This document shows positions 9,411-19,273 of a DNA stretch of 64,000 bases, one piece after another; position 1 is the first letter of the stretch; each line of letters begins with the position of its first letter. Source of the DNA: an uncultured Gaiellales bacterium (GTDB lineage Bacteria > Actinomycetota > Thermoleophilia > RBG-16-64-13). Made by a program: the position numbers and the translations under genes. The notes under the pieces were generated by a model. It was not told where the DNA came from. It saw nothing but the letters and a program-made list of their open reading frames with translations, and made no database searches. The stretch covers positions 76,095 through 140,094 of the forward strand of contig CAYRES010000002.1 in the NCBI GenBank assembly GCA_964423425.1, read 5' to 3'.

Positions 9411-10403
9411 ATGAAGCACATATTCACCATAAACAATGCCTTTGTCGAGCTTATGGCAAGACATATTATGGCTGAATACGGTCTTAAAGAAGAAGACTGT
9501 CTATTGATTTATTCGCAGCGGCCCAACTTTCCTCTTGTAACAAACAGTACATCAGTAGCGCAATGCGTTTACTATGACAATAGAATCTACCGAAGTTATG
9601 GATTAGCGCTTAATCACGAGATTAAGAGGATTAACAGGATACCACATGAAGTCTTCAATAAATGTGAATACATATGTTATGCAAATACGACTAGGAGTTG
9701 GCTCGCACAGAGCCTAATAGGCGGAAAGAACTGCATAGGATATCACATCGTTGAAGAAGGCATGGCGGCATATACCATAAAGAATACTACAATGGATTCG
9801 TCGATAAAAGAAAGAATGCGTAGGTATCTTGCATTGACAAGTTCTGCTGGCAGAATTGGTCATTTTGGGGTAGGCACTTACTATACTTCACATCCCAAGT
9901 TCTTAACGGCAATATGCTGTCATGAGGCGGCATTCCCAGGTATAGACAGGAAGGAAGTCATAGGGTGGCCTTTTGCACGTCTCGAAGGATATGAAGATGT
10001 ACAGGCGTTGTTTGTTTTCGACGGGGGTAGCACGTCTGAGGAATTTCTTCGGGATGCCATCTGCCGTCTGGCCAATGAATGTTGGAGCGGAAGATTTGAG
10101 AGCGTGGCGTACAAGTTTCATCCTAATCAGCAGCAGGAGGAACGGAGGCGGCTGAAGCTTCTGTTTGAGGGGGTGAGCATAGAGCATAACATCCGCCCAA
10201 TTGAGCTGAACGATGTGATCTTGGAGAATCTGTGTTTGAGTCGTGGCCGCGCTCTTTCCGTCTACTTCATTCTATCCTCGGTGGGTTTCTATGCTGCCAT
10301 GATGGGGTGCGAGAGCGTATCGGTCGCGAGGGCGCATCCCGCTGCTTGGCGGACAGTCAGCGGACTACCTCCTGCTGTCACGAGGGGGGTAGTGTTTCTC
10401 TGA
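9411..10403 (+). CDS. putative GT52-like CMP-nonulosonate (sialyl/legionaminyl) transferase
   Basis: VFDGGSTSEEF resembles the sialyltransferase D/E-D/E-G motif. VAYKFHPNQQ resembles the HP motif, as in Neisseria Lst APHPRQ. The 5' two-thirds of the gene are markedly AT-rich relative to the window. Confidence 0.4.
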   Translation: MKHIFTINNAFVELMARHIMAEYGLKEEDCLLIYSQRPNFPLVTNSTSVAQCVYYDNRIYRSYGLALNHEIKRINRIPHEVFNKCEYICYANTTRSWLAQSLIGGKNCIGYHIVEEGMAAYTIKNTTMDSSIKERMRRYLALTSSAGRIGHFGVGTYYTSHPKFLTAICCHEAAFPGIDRKEVIGWPFARLEGYEDVQALFVFDGGSTSEEFLRDAICRLANECWSGRFESVAYKFHPNQQQEERRRLKLLFEGVSIEHNIRPIELNDVILENLCLSRGRALSVYFILSSVGFYAAMMGCESVSVARAHPAAWRTVSGLPPAVTRGVVFL

Positions 10404-10409
10404 GCGGCC

Positions 10410-11729
10410 ATGGGTAGAGCATGGTCTTCATCTGTTGGCAGACGTGCGGTTGCGAAGGCTCGGAGCACCATCGCTGGTCATGGTGTATTTGCGTACTTCA
10501 GCCTTGCATCGAGTGCCTTCAGCCTGGCAACGATGTTCGCGGGGTTCATTGTCCTCAGATGGATTGCCCCCGAGGACATAGGGCTGTGGCAGTCTCTCCT
10601 CTTGGTTGGCACCTATAGCAGCTTCGTGCAGGCGGGGGTCTTCAACGGCCTGAATAGGGAACTGCCATACCGGCTGGGCAAGGGGGATTCTTCTGCGTTG
10701 GCCTTCGTGGCCACATGTCAGAGCTTTGCTCTCATTCTAGGCGGGCTTCTCGTGACCGGAGGGGTTCTCACAGTCTTTGTTGTCGAGCAGTCACAAGTGC
10801 GCTGGGCCCTCGCGGCTGTCTTTGTAGGCGTGGCATCGTCCACGTACCAGCAATTCCTTGGCGCAACGTATCGGGCGCGGCAGGCCTTCCGCAAGCTTTC
10901 GCATATCGTAGTGGCGGAGACGGTCATGGCCCTTGTCACGCTGCCCGTCGTCTATTATCTGAAGTACCCCGGTCTTGCAGTGCGCTTCGCTGTGTTGGCA
11001 GTGTTCTCTGCCATTATGAGGCATCACTGGAGGCCTTTTCGGGTACCGGTGAGTCTCGATCCTCGTGTTCTGCTAGAACTAATGAAGACCGGGGTTCCTC
11101 TGTTTGCCTTCGGATATGTTGCCAGCATTGCAGCTACCCTGCCGAGGGTTGTGCTTCTTCATGAGGGCAATGTGCAAATGGTGGGTTTATATGCGCCCGT
11201 AGCAGCCACAATGAGTATCATGATTGTTGTGCCTAGTGCTATGGCACAGTATATATACCCAAGGATGTCGTATATGCTTGGAAATAGTGGTAATAGGCAT
11301 AAGGTTTGGAACTTAGCATGGAGGACTTCTATTTATAGTGTGTTGATATCAACGCCAGTGATAGCGGTTATATACATAGCAATGCCATGGGTTATAGAGA
11401 AATTCTTGCCAGAATACAGCTATGGAGTGAATGCCATAGGTTGGGCTCTTATGGGTGGTGTGTTTCAAGGAGCATTAATCTCAGTGAATGCTTTGAATAG
11501 CCTCAAAGCTTGGAAATGGATGGCGATGTATACTTCAGTGCGTGTGCTAGGCACCTTGGTACTGGTGTTTTTCTTCTTTCACCTGTTTCTAAACCCCATA
11601 GAGGGAGTGGCGTTCGGCTATGCACTGGCGCAGGCAGTGAGCTGGTGTACTGCGCTCCTTTGCATCCACTACGCAACGAAAGGCGGCAGCGGCATGGAGG
11701 TGGGGCAACATAGTATGCCCGACGCGTAG
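10410..11729 (+). CDS. Wzx-like oligosaccharide flippase (MOP/polysaccharide biosynthesis protein family)
   Basis: 439 aa with about 12 predicted TM helices and hydrophobicity typical of Wzx flippases. Low-GC patch at about 11160-11520. Confidence 0.7.
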   Translation: MGRAWSSSVGRRAVAKARSTIAGHGVFAYFSLASSAFSLATMFAGFIVLRWIAPEDIGLWQSLLLVGTYSSFVQAGVFNGLNRELPYRLGKGDSSALAFVATCQSFALILGGLLVTGGVLTVFVVEQSQVRWALAAVFVGVASSTYQQFLGATYRARQAFRKLSHIVVAETVMALVTLPVVYYLKYPGLAVRFAVLAVFSAIMRHHWRPFRVPVSLDPRVLLELMKTGVPLFAFGYVASIAATLPRVVLLHEGNVQMVGLYAPVAATMSIMIVVPSAMAQYIYPRMSYMLGNSGNRHKVWNLAWRTSIYSVLISTPVIAVIYIAMPWVIEKFLPEYSYGVNAIGWALMGGVFQGALISVNALNSLKAWKWMAMYTSVRVLGTLVLVFFFFHLFLNPIEGVAFGYALAQAVSWCTALLCIHYATKGGSGMEVGQHSMPDA

Positions 11730-12207
11730 GCTCCATGGCCGCGGGAAGCGGCTCTTGCACTTGCCGCGTGGCTGTCGGCAACGACTCATGGTATCGTCTC
11801 TGATAGACCAGTGAGTTTTGCCTACCCGGGCTATTGCGACGCTATCCTCGTGACGCTTTCGATTGATGAGCGGGCCGACTGCTTCTGCGAGACGCAGTCG
11901 GTCTAGTAATAGGACGCTTCTCCTCGCGGCGGAAATGGGTAGAGGGCGGTCAATCAAGAGAGTAACCCATGGCGAGGCACAGAGAATCATGAATGGGCCC
12001 AGGTGATCGACAAACGGAGAGAAGAACAGGTCAGTCTCTTAACGCTCCCTAAGCTGCTACTGGTCCGAACGCTCCGGAGGCGACGGCTCGGTTGGTTCGG
12101 AGTCCTGTTGAGGAGACACGGGCTGACTGTGGAAGACCACCTACGATGCGATGCCCATCGGAGTTGTTGATTGGTGCTCTTGAGCGAGACCGGCTGAGAG
12201 AGGGAGG

Positions 12208-13503
12208 GTGAGTATCCCGCCGGGTCCAAAAGGAGGGCTTGAGGTGCCCCAAACCATCCGCTTTGGTCAATCGATGCAGCGTAGGCCGGCTCTCACGCCT
12301 GCCACGGTAAGCAAACTGATTGCGCTGAGTCTTCTTCTTCTCGCCGCTTCAGGGTCTGCTCTCTCACAGGACTTCCTGCCAGCCGCGCTCAAAGCACTCG
12401 GGGGCGTTCTGGTGGCGTTCATTGTCTACGACCTCGCGAAGAGTGGTCGGGTTGCCACTGAGGTCAAGCTCTACTTCGCGTTCGTTCTCTGGGCGGCACT
12501 CAGCGCTGTGGTGGTGGCCGCCGACGTCGACCTCGCTCTTCGTCACGCTTGGACGGTGCTTCAGACCGGCGTTCTCTTCTGGGCTGTGGCGGCAGCCCAC
12601 CGGCGGCAGCCCGACCTTCGGCTGGTGATGAGCGGGCTATGGGCCATCGGGTTGTTCTTCGCACTGCTGGCATGGGTGGATGCGGACGTGCTGGCCACTA
12701 TTAGGGATGAAGGTGGTCGCATGAGCGTGACCGGGGAGAACCCGAACTTCACCGGCCAAGTGTTCGTGTTCGCGGTGTTGGGGGCCCTCTATCTGGGGGA
12801 ACGGGCGGTCAGATGGAGCTCCACGCTCCTAGCCCTAGTGCCGATACCTATGTTTGTGTTCATGCTTCTGTTCACTGGTTCTCGCAAGATGAGCGTGGCG
12901 GTTGTCATCGTGGTGGCAGTGTGGCTGCTCGCTTCTGAAAGGGTCGGTCTGGCCGGCGGCCGGCGCGCGCTCCTGCGCGTGCTCCTGATTCTTGCGATTG
13001 CCACCGCGGGTGTAGTTGCCAGCTATGCGTGGGACGGCTCTGCCATGGCCGAGCGCTGGCGTGCGGTCGAGGAGACGGGCGGCCAAGCGGGGCTGGCTAC
13101 CCGTGAAAGACTTACGGAACAAGGGCTGCGGCTTTTTCTGGAGTACCCTCTTGCCGGCGTAGGGTTTCAGAATCAGATGCTCACAATGGGTGCTGTTGCC
13201 CACTCGGATTTTGTGGATGTGCTTGCCTCAACAGGGCTGATAGGGGCGCTTCTCTACTTCTCCATCTATGTCGCAGCGTTTCGAAGAGCGCGTCGTGTGT
13301 CGCGAGGCACTTCAGGGATCGAGAGGCTCGACTGGGGAGCCTTCCTCACCTTCACGGCGCTGCTTCTGTGGTTGATGGTCGGTTTCTCTCGATATACGGA
13401 TTTCTACAACATAGTCGTTCTTGGGGCGTTCGTGGGAACCTTCCTAGGTAGAGAAGGCCGAGTCGGGCAACCCCATCGGCATCTTTCTTGGTTGAGGCGA
13501 TGA
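12208..13503 (+). CDS. O-antigen ligase / Wzy-like polymerase family membrane protein
   Basis: Polytopic membrane protein. AHSDFVDVLASTGLIGALLYFSIYV matches the Wzy_C/O-antigen ligase motif. GTG start preceded by GAGAGGGAGGG. Confidence 0.65.
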   Translation: MSIPPGPKGGLEVPQTIRFGQSMQRRPALTPATVSKLIALSLLLLAASGSALSQDFLPAALKALGGVLVAFIVYDLAKSGRVATEVKLYFAFVLWAALSAVVVAADVDLALRHAWTVLQTGVLFWAVAAAHRRQPDLRLVMSGLWAIGLFFALLAWVDADVLATIRDEGGRMSVTGENPNFTGQVFVFAVLGALYLGERAVRWSSTLLALVPIPMFVFMLLFTGSRKMSVAVVIVVAVWLLASERVGLAGGRRALLRVLLILAIATAGVVASYAWDGSAMAERWRAVEETGGQAGLATRERLTEQGLRLFLEYPLAGVGFQNQMLTMGAVAHSDFVDVLASTGLIGALLYFSIYVAAFRRARRVSRGTSGIERLDWGAFLTFTALLLWLMVGFSRYTDFYNIVVLGAFVGTFLGREGRVGQPHRHLSWLRR

Positions 13504-15101
13504 CAACCGCTCATGGTGGCTTGCCACCCGAGCCGAGCATCTCTGCCGAATCAAGTCCCCATAGGGCCGACTTCTTGGTTGCTTTGCGCTTGGGTGGACA
13601 ACAGGCGCCCGTTGTTGCAAAGGCTGCTCACGTGCCCGAAGAACTCTGCTGCATCGTTACGTCCCCGGGAGCTGTTGAGATTGTGACCGATGCAGGCGGC
13701 CTCTATGCGGTGTTCGGAGATCGGCTGACCGGTGTCTTCTCTTCCTCGCTTGCTGTGGTTGTGCGGAAGTCTGGACGCAAGTACCCTGTCAATCGCAATG
13801 CGCTCATCGAACAGCTGATCATAGGAGCGGTGAGCGGCAGAGACACGTTGTTCCAAGGCGTTGAGCGGCTCGATGGCTGCGGCACAGTCTCGGTACTGGG
13901 TCAGCGCATGGTTCTCAGTCATTCGCAGGCCGCCAGGCCCAGGGCACCGGGGAAATGGACACGCAGGCGCTTCTGTATCGACCTTCAAGTCGATGTTCTC
14001 AGAGAACGGTTTCGCCGGATAGCTGACATGGCCGGGGCTGGCGGTGTCAGCATGGGGTTGTCGGGAGGCTACGACAGCCGCCTGATGCTTGCGTTGGCCC
14101 TCGAAGCAGGGATCGCTGTTTCTCCGTTCACGTTCAGCTCTCCGAACCACCACAGAGAACAAGTCGTGGCAGGGGAACTTGCTGCGGTAGCCGGGCTGGA
14201 GCTGAGGGATATTCCAGTACGGCCCCTGGCGCAGCTTGACGAGAGCGCCCTCGGGGTCAACATCGATGATGCTCTCGTGTACTACGACGGCCGCACAAAC
14301 GACACGATGGGCACCTTTGCGGACGTCCACACGGCTCGTGTGCATCTTGAGTGTGTAGGCCAAGCAGCCATGAACCTCAACGGCCTCGGCGGCGAACTGT
14401 ATCGCAATCGGGAACGCCTCCCTCGCTACAGCGCATCGTTCACTGATTGGTTCTGGCACTACGTGGTGGGGCCCCGAGTGGCTCGATGCTTCTGGTCAGA
14501 CAGCGAGTGTGACGTGTTCCAGCGGCGAATGGCTGTGAAGTATGGTGAGTTGATGGGTACCGGCACACAGAAACACATTGATCGATCCTTGGCTCGGCGC
14601 TGGTATCGCAACGTGTGGCTGCCGTACTTCGCCGGGCCGCGCTTGTCCGCCGAGAATCGCGTGGCTCCGGCCTTGATGCCATTCGCGGACGGGGTGGTGA
14701 GCGCTGCCGCTCTTGCCGCCACTCCCTTCGTGGGCGCACACGGGCAGTTCGAAGCAGCCTTGATTGCTCGCATCAACAAGAGGTTGGCAGAAGTGCCCAG
14801 TTCGTACGGGCACAGCTTTGCCTGGAGTGCAAAGCGTCACGTGCTGCGTGATTCGGCAGCGGCATCGATGCCGCTGTGGCTGCGTCGCGTGCGTCACCAA
14901 GTGATGGCAAGACGAGCTGGCAAGAAGTCGGCAGGTATCCCGTCTCTGAACCAGCGCTTTGCCGAGTCACTCCGCTTACTGAGGGGGCTGGAATTGCCGC
15001 TCGACATCGAGGTGCTTCTTCGGGATCAAGTCACCCGTGACCGGACTCTCTACATAGCGGAATTCCTTCACCCCAACCGAGCATACATCGACCTCGGCTG
15101 A
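13500..15101 (+). CDS. asparagine-synthetase-like PP-loop (adenine nucleotide alpha-hydrolase) amidotransferase lacking the N-terminal catalytic Cys
   Basis: GLSGGYDSRLM matches the SGGxDS PP-loop. No MCG start, so no glutaminase nucleophile. ATGA overlap with the Wzy-like gene. Confidence 0.55.
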   Translation: MTTAHGGLPPEPSISAESSPHRADFLVALRLGGQQAPVVAKAAHVPEELCCIVTSPGAVEIVTDAGGLYAVFGDRLTGVFSSSLAVVVRKSGRKYPVNRNALIEQLIIGAVSGRDTLFQGVERLDGCGTVSVLGQRMVLSHSQAARPRAPGKWTRRRFCIDLQVDVLRERFRRIADMAGAGGVSMGLSGGYDSRLMLALALEAGIAVSPFTFSSPNHHREQVVAGELAAVAGLELRDIPVRPLAQLDESALGVNIDDALVYYDGRTNDTMGTFADVHTARVHLECVGQAAMNLNGLGGELYRNRERLPRYSASFTDWFWHYVVGPRVARCFWSDSECDVFQRRMAVKYGELMGTGTQKHIDRSLARRWYRNVWLPYFAGPRLSAENRVAPALMPFADGVVSAAALAATPFVGAHGQFEAALIARINKRLAEVPSSYGHSFAWSAKRHVLRDSAAASMPLWLRRVRHQVMARRAGKKSAGIPSLNQRFAESLRLLRGLELPLDIEVLLRDQVTRDRTLYIAEFLHPNRAYIDLG

Positions 15102-15117
15102 TAGAATCAGGCCTCGA

Positions 15118-16326
15118 ATGGCACTCGCTTCGAGACTCCCAACGTTGAATTGGCTGCACGGCGATCGCTTACGCCGTGTGTTGCCGACCAGCCTCAAAGC
15201 ATTCCTCAAGAACCACGGTCCGTACACGGACTACCGCAGTGAACAGCTGCGCAGGGAGGCAGTGGAGCGGCTGGGCGGTGAGATCCCCTTGGAGTCGGAG
15301 TACCGCCCCCTCCACAGGCCCACTCTCGGGATCTTCTTCGACGGAGGGTACACGTTCGCGTTCAACGTGGCGGCCTGCAGGGATCTGAAGGTCGGCTACA
15401 AGGTGATCGATCTTCTGGCTTCCGATTGGCTTCCTCGTGTGGTGGGTTCCGGCTGCGCCGCGTTCTTGGCAACCCCCCCTACCCTGGCCGACATTCAGCA
15501 CCGGGTGTTCGAGGAACGTTTGTGGTGTCTCAGCAAGGACGTGGGAGCACTTCTATGCCCTACGTTCGAGGAGCTCTATCTGTGGGAGAGCAAGCGGCGG
15601 ATGCACGACTGGCTTGTTGCTCACGATGTCCCGCACCCGGCCACGTGGGTCTTTGTTCATCGTGATGAAGCCATGGAGTTCTGTCGGGGGGCAGAGTACC
15701 CTATGGTAGCGAAGACCGACGCCGGTGCCGCTTCGAGCGGCGTCTTCGTACTACGGGATCGCCGATCTGCCGAGCGGTTGGTGGTCCAATCATTTGGCCG
15801 GGGTATCCCCCGATTGACTGGAGACATGAGGGGGCGCGAGAAGGGCGCCCTCCTCTTTCAGGAGTTCGTCCCGCACGATTTCGAATGGCGTGTGGTGCGG
15901 ATTGGGCGCCATTTCCTGTGCAGAAGGAAGACCCGAGTGGGCGATTACGCATCCGGATCGGGGGCAATTGAGTGGGCGGAACCGCCTAAGGGTATGCTGG
16001 ACTTCGCCAGGCTGGTGACTGATGCTGGTGGATTCCGCCATATTACACTTGACGTGTTCAAGGAGCCAAGCCGCACAGGCAGGCCTGAGTTCTTGGTAAA
16101 CGAATTGCAGGCTATTGTAGGGCTTAAGGATGTCTTGACGAATGCCCACACAGGCGTGTGGAGAAGGGATACATCAACCGCGGAATGGCTCTTTGAAAGC
16201 GGAGCGTACCATCAGAACGCATGCGCCAATCTGAGGGTGAAAATGCTGCTTGGGGAACTGCAGTCAAGCAGGAGGGCTTCCCGTTGCTCCTCGTTGCCGC
16301 ACCATTCTCATTCAAGTCCACATTGA
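15118..16326 (+). CDS. ATP-grasp domain protein
   Basis: PMVAKTDAGAASSGVFVLRD...LLFQEFVPHDFEWRVVRIG fits an ATP-grasp fold (RimK/carboxylate-amine ligase-like). Confidence 0.55.
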   Translation: MALASRLPTLNWLHGDRLRRVLPTSLKAFLKNHGPYTDYRSEQLRREAVERLGGEIPLESEYRPLHRPTLGIFFDGGYTFAFNVAACRDLKVGYKVIDLLASDWLPRVVGSGCAAFLATPPTLADIQHRVFEERLWCLSKDVGALLCPTFEELYLWESKRRMHDWLVAHDVPHPATWVFVHRDEAMEFCRGAEYPMVAKTDAGAASSGVFVLRDRRSAERLVVQSFGRGIPRLTGDMRGREKGALLFQEFVPHDFEWRVVRIGRHFLCRRKTRVGDYASGSGAIEWAEPPKGMLDFARLVTDAGGFRHITLDVFKEPSRTGRPEFLVNELQAIVGLKDVLTNAHTGVWRRDTSTAEWLFESGAYHQNACANLRVKMLLGELQSSRRASRCSSLPHHSHSSPH

Positions 16327-17480
16327 ACATACTGTTTGTCACAAGCAATTATCCGAGTCAGGCTCAGCCCTATCGAGGCACTTTCGTGAGGGAGTTCGTC
16401 TGGGCAATGGCCAGACAAGGGCATCAGTGCGACTTGGTGGCTCCCACCAGCATCTTCAGTATCCGGTATGGCGCGTATCCAGGCCGCTTGGACGTTGAGC
16501 AAGCAGGACACGCTTCCTCAGTGTGTGTGCATCGCCCGCTGTATGTCTCGTACTCAAGTCGTGATTTGGGAGTCGTACACACGGGTGCGATGACTAATCT
16601 GAGCTTCCAGCGGACGGCGATTCGGGCGGCACGGTTTGTCCAGGATGGCCCCAGTCTTGTCTATGGCCACTTCCTCTACCCGTCCGGGCGCACGGCAGTG
16701 AAACTAGGGGAGCGGCTCCGCATACCGTGTGTGCTTGGTGTTGGAGAGGGGACATTCTGGACGGTCGAGCCTGTAGGCTTCGACCGGGCCAAGAGAGACT
16801 TTCGGAAAGTAACGGGTGTGTTGGCGGTCTCGTCGCTCATCAAGAGAAGGCTGATCGATGAGCTAGACATACCACCGGACAAGATTCGGGTCTTTCCAAA
16901 CGGCGTCGATCTTGGAAGGTTTCGTCAGGCACCGAGGCATCAGGTCCGTGAGAGATACGGTGTGCGGAACAACACCATTGCGGTTGCCTACGTGGGTGGT
17001 TTCAAGAGCGAAAAGGGAGTCTCGGTCTTGGATGACGCTGTCCGCGGACTTGACGGAATAGCAGCCCTCTTTGTGGGTTCGGGGTCTTGTGTGCCTACAT
17101 CACCGAATATAGTGTTTCGTCAGGCACTGCCGCATGCGGATATTCCTGGTGTGCTGTCTGCTGCTGATGTGTTTGTCATGCCAAGCTTGGCAGAAGGCTC
17201 CTGCAACGCGGTTATCGAAGCCATGGCCTGCGGCCTCCCCATCGTGACCAGCAACGGCCGGTACATGGATGACATTGTGGATGACGAAGTAGCGATACGA
17301 GTGGATCCTACTGATGTTCGTGCCATCCGTGAGGCCATCCTTCTGCTCAAGAATGACCCTGTCCTCCGCAGGCGCATGTCCGAGGCCTGCCTCAAGAAGG
17401 CACGGCAATTCGATATCAACGACAGGGCTCGTCGTGTCACGGCTTGGATGGAGGAGCTTGTGCAGAGGTATCACTCGTGA
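16323..17480 (+). CDS. GT4-family glycosyltransferase
   Basis: ILFVTSNYPS N-terminal start and EGSCNAVIEAMACGLPIVTS GT4 C-terminal motif. TTG start at 16323 overlaps the TGA of the ATP-grasp gene; a start as early as 16221 is possible. Confidence 0.7.
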   Translation: MNILFVTSNYPSQAQPYRGTFVREFVWAMARQGHQCDLVAPTSIFSIRYGAYPGRLDVEQAGHASSVCVHRPLYVSYSSRDLGVVHTGAMTNLSFQRTAIRAARFVQDGPSLVYGHFLYPSGRTAVKLGERLRIPCVLGVGEGTFWTVEPVGFDRAKRDFRKVTGVLAVSSLIKRRLIDELDIPPDKIRVFPNGVDLGRFRQAPRHQVRERYGVRNNTIAVAYVGGFKSEKGVSVLDDAVRGLDGIAALFVGSGSCVPTSPNIVFRQALPHADIPGVLSAADVFVMPSLAEGSCNAVIEAMACGLPIVTSNGRYMDDIVDDEVAIRVDPTDVRAIREAILLLKNDPVLRRRMSEACLKKARQFDINDRARRVTAWMEELVQRYHS

Positions 17481-18640
17481 GGGCGGCACTGGTCACAACC
17501 CGTCATGCCGCCCAAGATGATCGCATCTACTACAAGCAGGCGCTGAGTCTGGCGAAGCGCATGGAAGTGGTCATGATCGCGCCTGATGATGGTGAGCTGC
17601 TTTCCTGGCCGCCGCCTGTCAGGTACCGGCCGCTTCCTCGCCGACGGGGTCTTCTTGGAAGAAGCTTGAGTCTGGTGGAGGCCGTGCGAGAGGTTCGGAG
17701 GGAGCAGCCAGATTTCTGCCACGTCCATGACCTCGATCTCGTGGCGGCGATTCCCTTTCTTCGTCTCCTAACGCGGGCGAAGATCATCTACGATTCGCAC
17801 GAGGCTTACCCAGAGCAGTTCCTCACAAGAGAGGTCATCCCGAGGCTGCTTCGCCCTAGCGTGGCGAGAGCAGTGGATTTCTTGGAGAAACACTTCGTGA
17901 GGTGTGCCCATCAGGTCGTCACCGCGGACAAACCAACGGAGCGCTCTTTTGCAGTCACGGGAGTGAGGGCAAACACCGTGTTCAACTACCCTCCTCTTGA
18001 GATCTTCGAGACGAATGAGACTGAAGTCAAGGCGGTGAAGGCCAAGTACGCCGATCGTGTCCCAATCATCTACCAGGGGACAATGAGTGCCGACCGGGGG
18101 CTATTCCATATGATCGACGCATTGTCACTCATCGCCAAGTCGGAGCCGGCTATACTGCTGAGGCTGATAGGCCTCGATAAGCCGGCCCTCAAGGCCGAGG
18201 CTCGGGCGAGGGCCGTTGCGAAAGGAGTACTGGGCAATATTGAGATTGTGGAGTGGGTGCCACACACTCAGCTTGCCTATCATATGAAGAGTAGCCTCAT
18301 AGGCTTGATACCCTTGCAACCCACAGAGAAGTACAAGAGAAACATCCCTATTAAGCTATTCGAGTACATGGCCTGTGGGCTTCCTGTTGTAGCTGCCGAT
18401 GTACCTTCGATCGCTCACTTTCTAAGTCAGACTGAAGCCGGGGTTCTTTATGACTCGACGCGTCCGGAGGAGTTGGCCCGGAACGTACTAGAGTTGCTAG
18501 CGGACCCCGAGCGTTGCGGGCGAATGGGCCAAAGCGGATTGGCTGCTGTTAGGGACCGTTGGAACTGGGAAAGAATGGAGCGGGAGTTGTATCGAGTCTA
18601 CGCTGTTCTTGGTGCATGCCTCGACGAGGGAACTGTGTGA
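17477..18640 (+). CDS. GT4-family glycosyltransferase
   Basis: EYMACGLPVVAADVPSIAHFL and EXFG/E-x7-E context. GTG start overlaps the upstream TGA (GTGA). Confidence 0.7.
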   Translation: MRAALVTTRHAAQDDRIYYKQALSLAKRMEVVMIAPDDGELLSWPPPVRYRPLPRRRGLLGRSLSLVEAVREVRREQPDFCHVHDLDLVAAIPFLRLLTRAKIIYDSHEAYPEQFLTREVIPRLLRPSVARAVDFLEKHFVRCAHQVVTADKPTERSFAVTGVRANTVFNYPPLEIFETNETEVKAVKAKYADRVPIIYQGTMSADRGLFHMIDALSLIAKSEPAILLRLIGLDKPALKAEARARAVAKGVLGNIEIVEWVPHTQLAYHMKSSLIGLIPLQPTEKYKRNIPIKLFEYMACGLPVVAADVPSIAHFLSQTEAGVLYDSTRPEELARNVLELLADPERCGRMGQSGLAAVRDRWNWERMERELYRVYAVLGACLDEGTV

Positions 18641-18877
18641 GCAGGTGGACGGTCGCCCCTTGCTTTCCCGGACATGCCGAGGAAGGCGTATGAGAGGCAT
18701 CTGCGTGCTGGCACGTGACTATCTTCGTCTTTCCCCCGTCGACTGCTATTGTCGAGTCGGTCTTGAGCTGAACCAATCTTGCGGCAATCTACGGCAGGTG
18801 GTTGCTGCCTCTGGGGCAGCGGGCGGAAATGCGGTCGGTCGTTCATCGCCCAGGGCTGACTCAAGGAGACCATTGAC

Positions 18878-19273
18878 GTGGTGAATCGACCTCCCTGCGT
18901 CGACTGGCTCGTCTGGATGGGGGCGGCCGGGAGCGACCTGAAGCCTTCCGAGGACACTTGCAAGGTACGGGAGACCCTCACGGCAGAGCACGCCCACCAT
19001 ATGGCCCTCGCTGTGCTGGTCATCAGCTCGGACGTACCTCCGCTGATTAGTGAGTATTGGGTTCGTGCGCCGGCCCAAACACTCCACGCGGGATCGACCG
19101 CTCTCCTTGTGGTGCAGATACAAGTCCGGACCGGCGCTCCGGAGCATCACCAACGCGTGGGTGCGAGCGACCGGCACCGAATCTGCAGCGCCTTCAACTG
19201 GGCCGTGACGGCATCAACCCTCTCCGAGCTCAGTTTCGCCCCAGGCCCGGGTCTGCGGAAAGCAGTGGCGTGA
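18878..19273 (+). CDS. hypothetical protein (131 aa) translationally coupled to the FemAB-like gene
   Basis: Strong SD (AAGGAGA) 7 nt upstream of a GTG start. Its stop overlaps the GTG start of the next gene (GTGA). No recognisable domain. Confidence 0.4.
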   Translation: MVNRPPCVDWLVWMGAAGSDLKPSEDTCKVRETLTAEHAHHMALAVLVISSDVPPLISEYWVRAPAQTLHAGSTALLVVQIQVRTGAPEHHQRVGASDRHRICSAFNWAVTASTLSELSFAPGPGLRKAVA

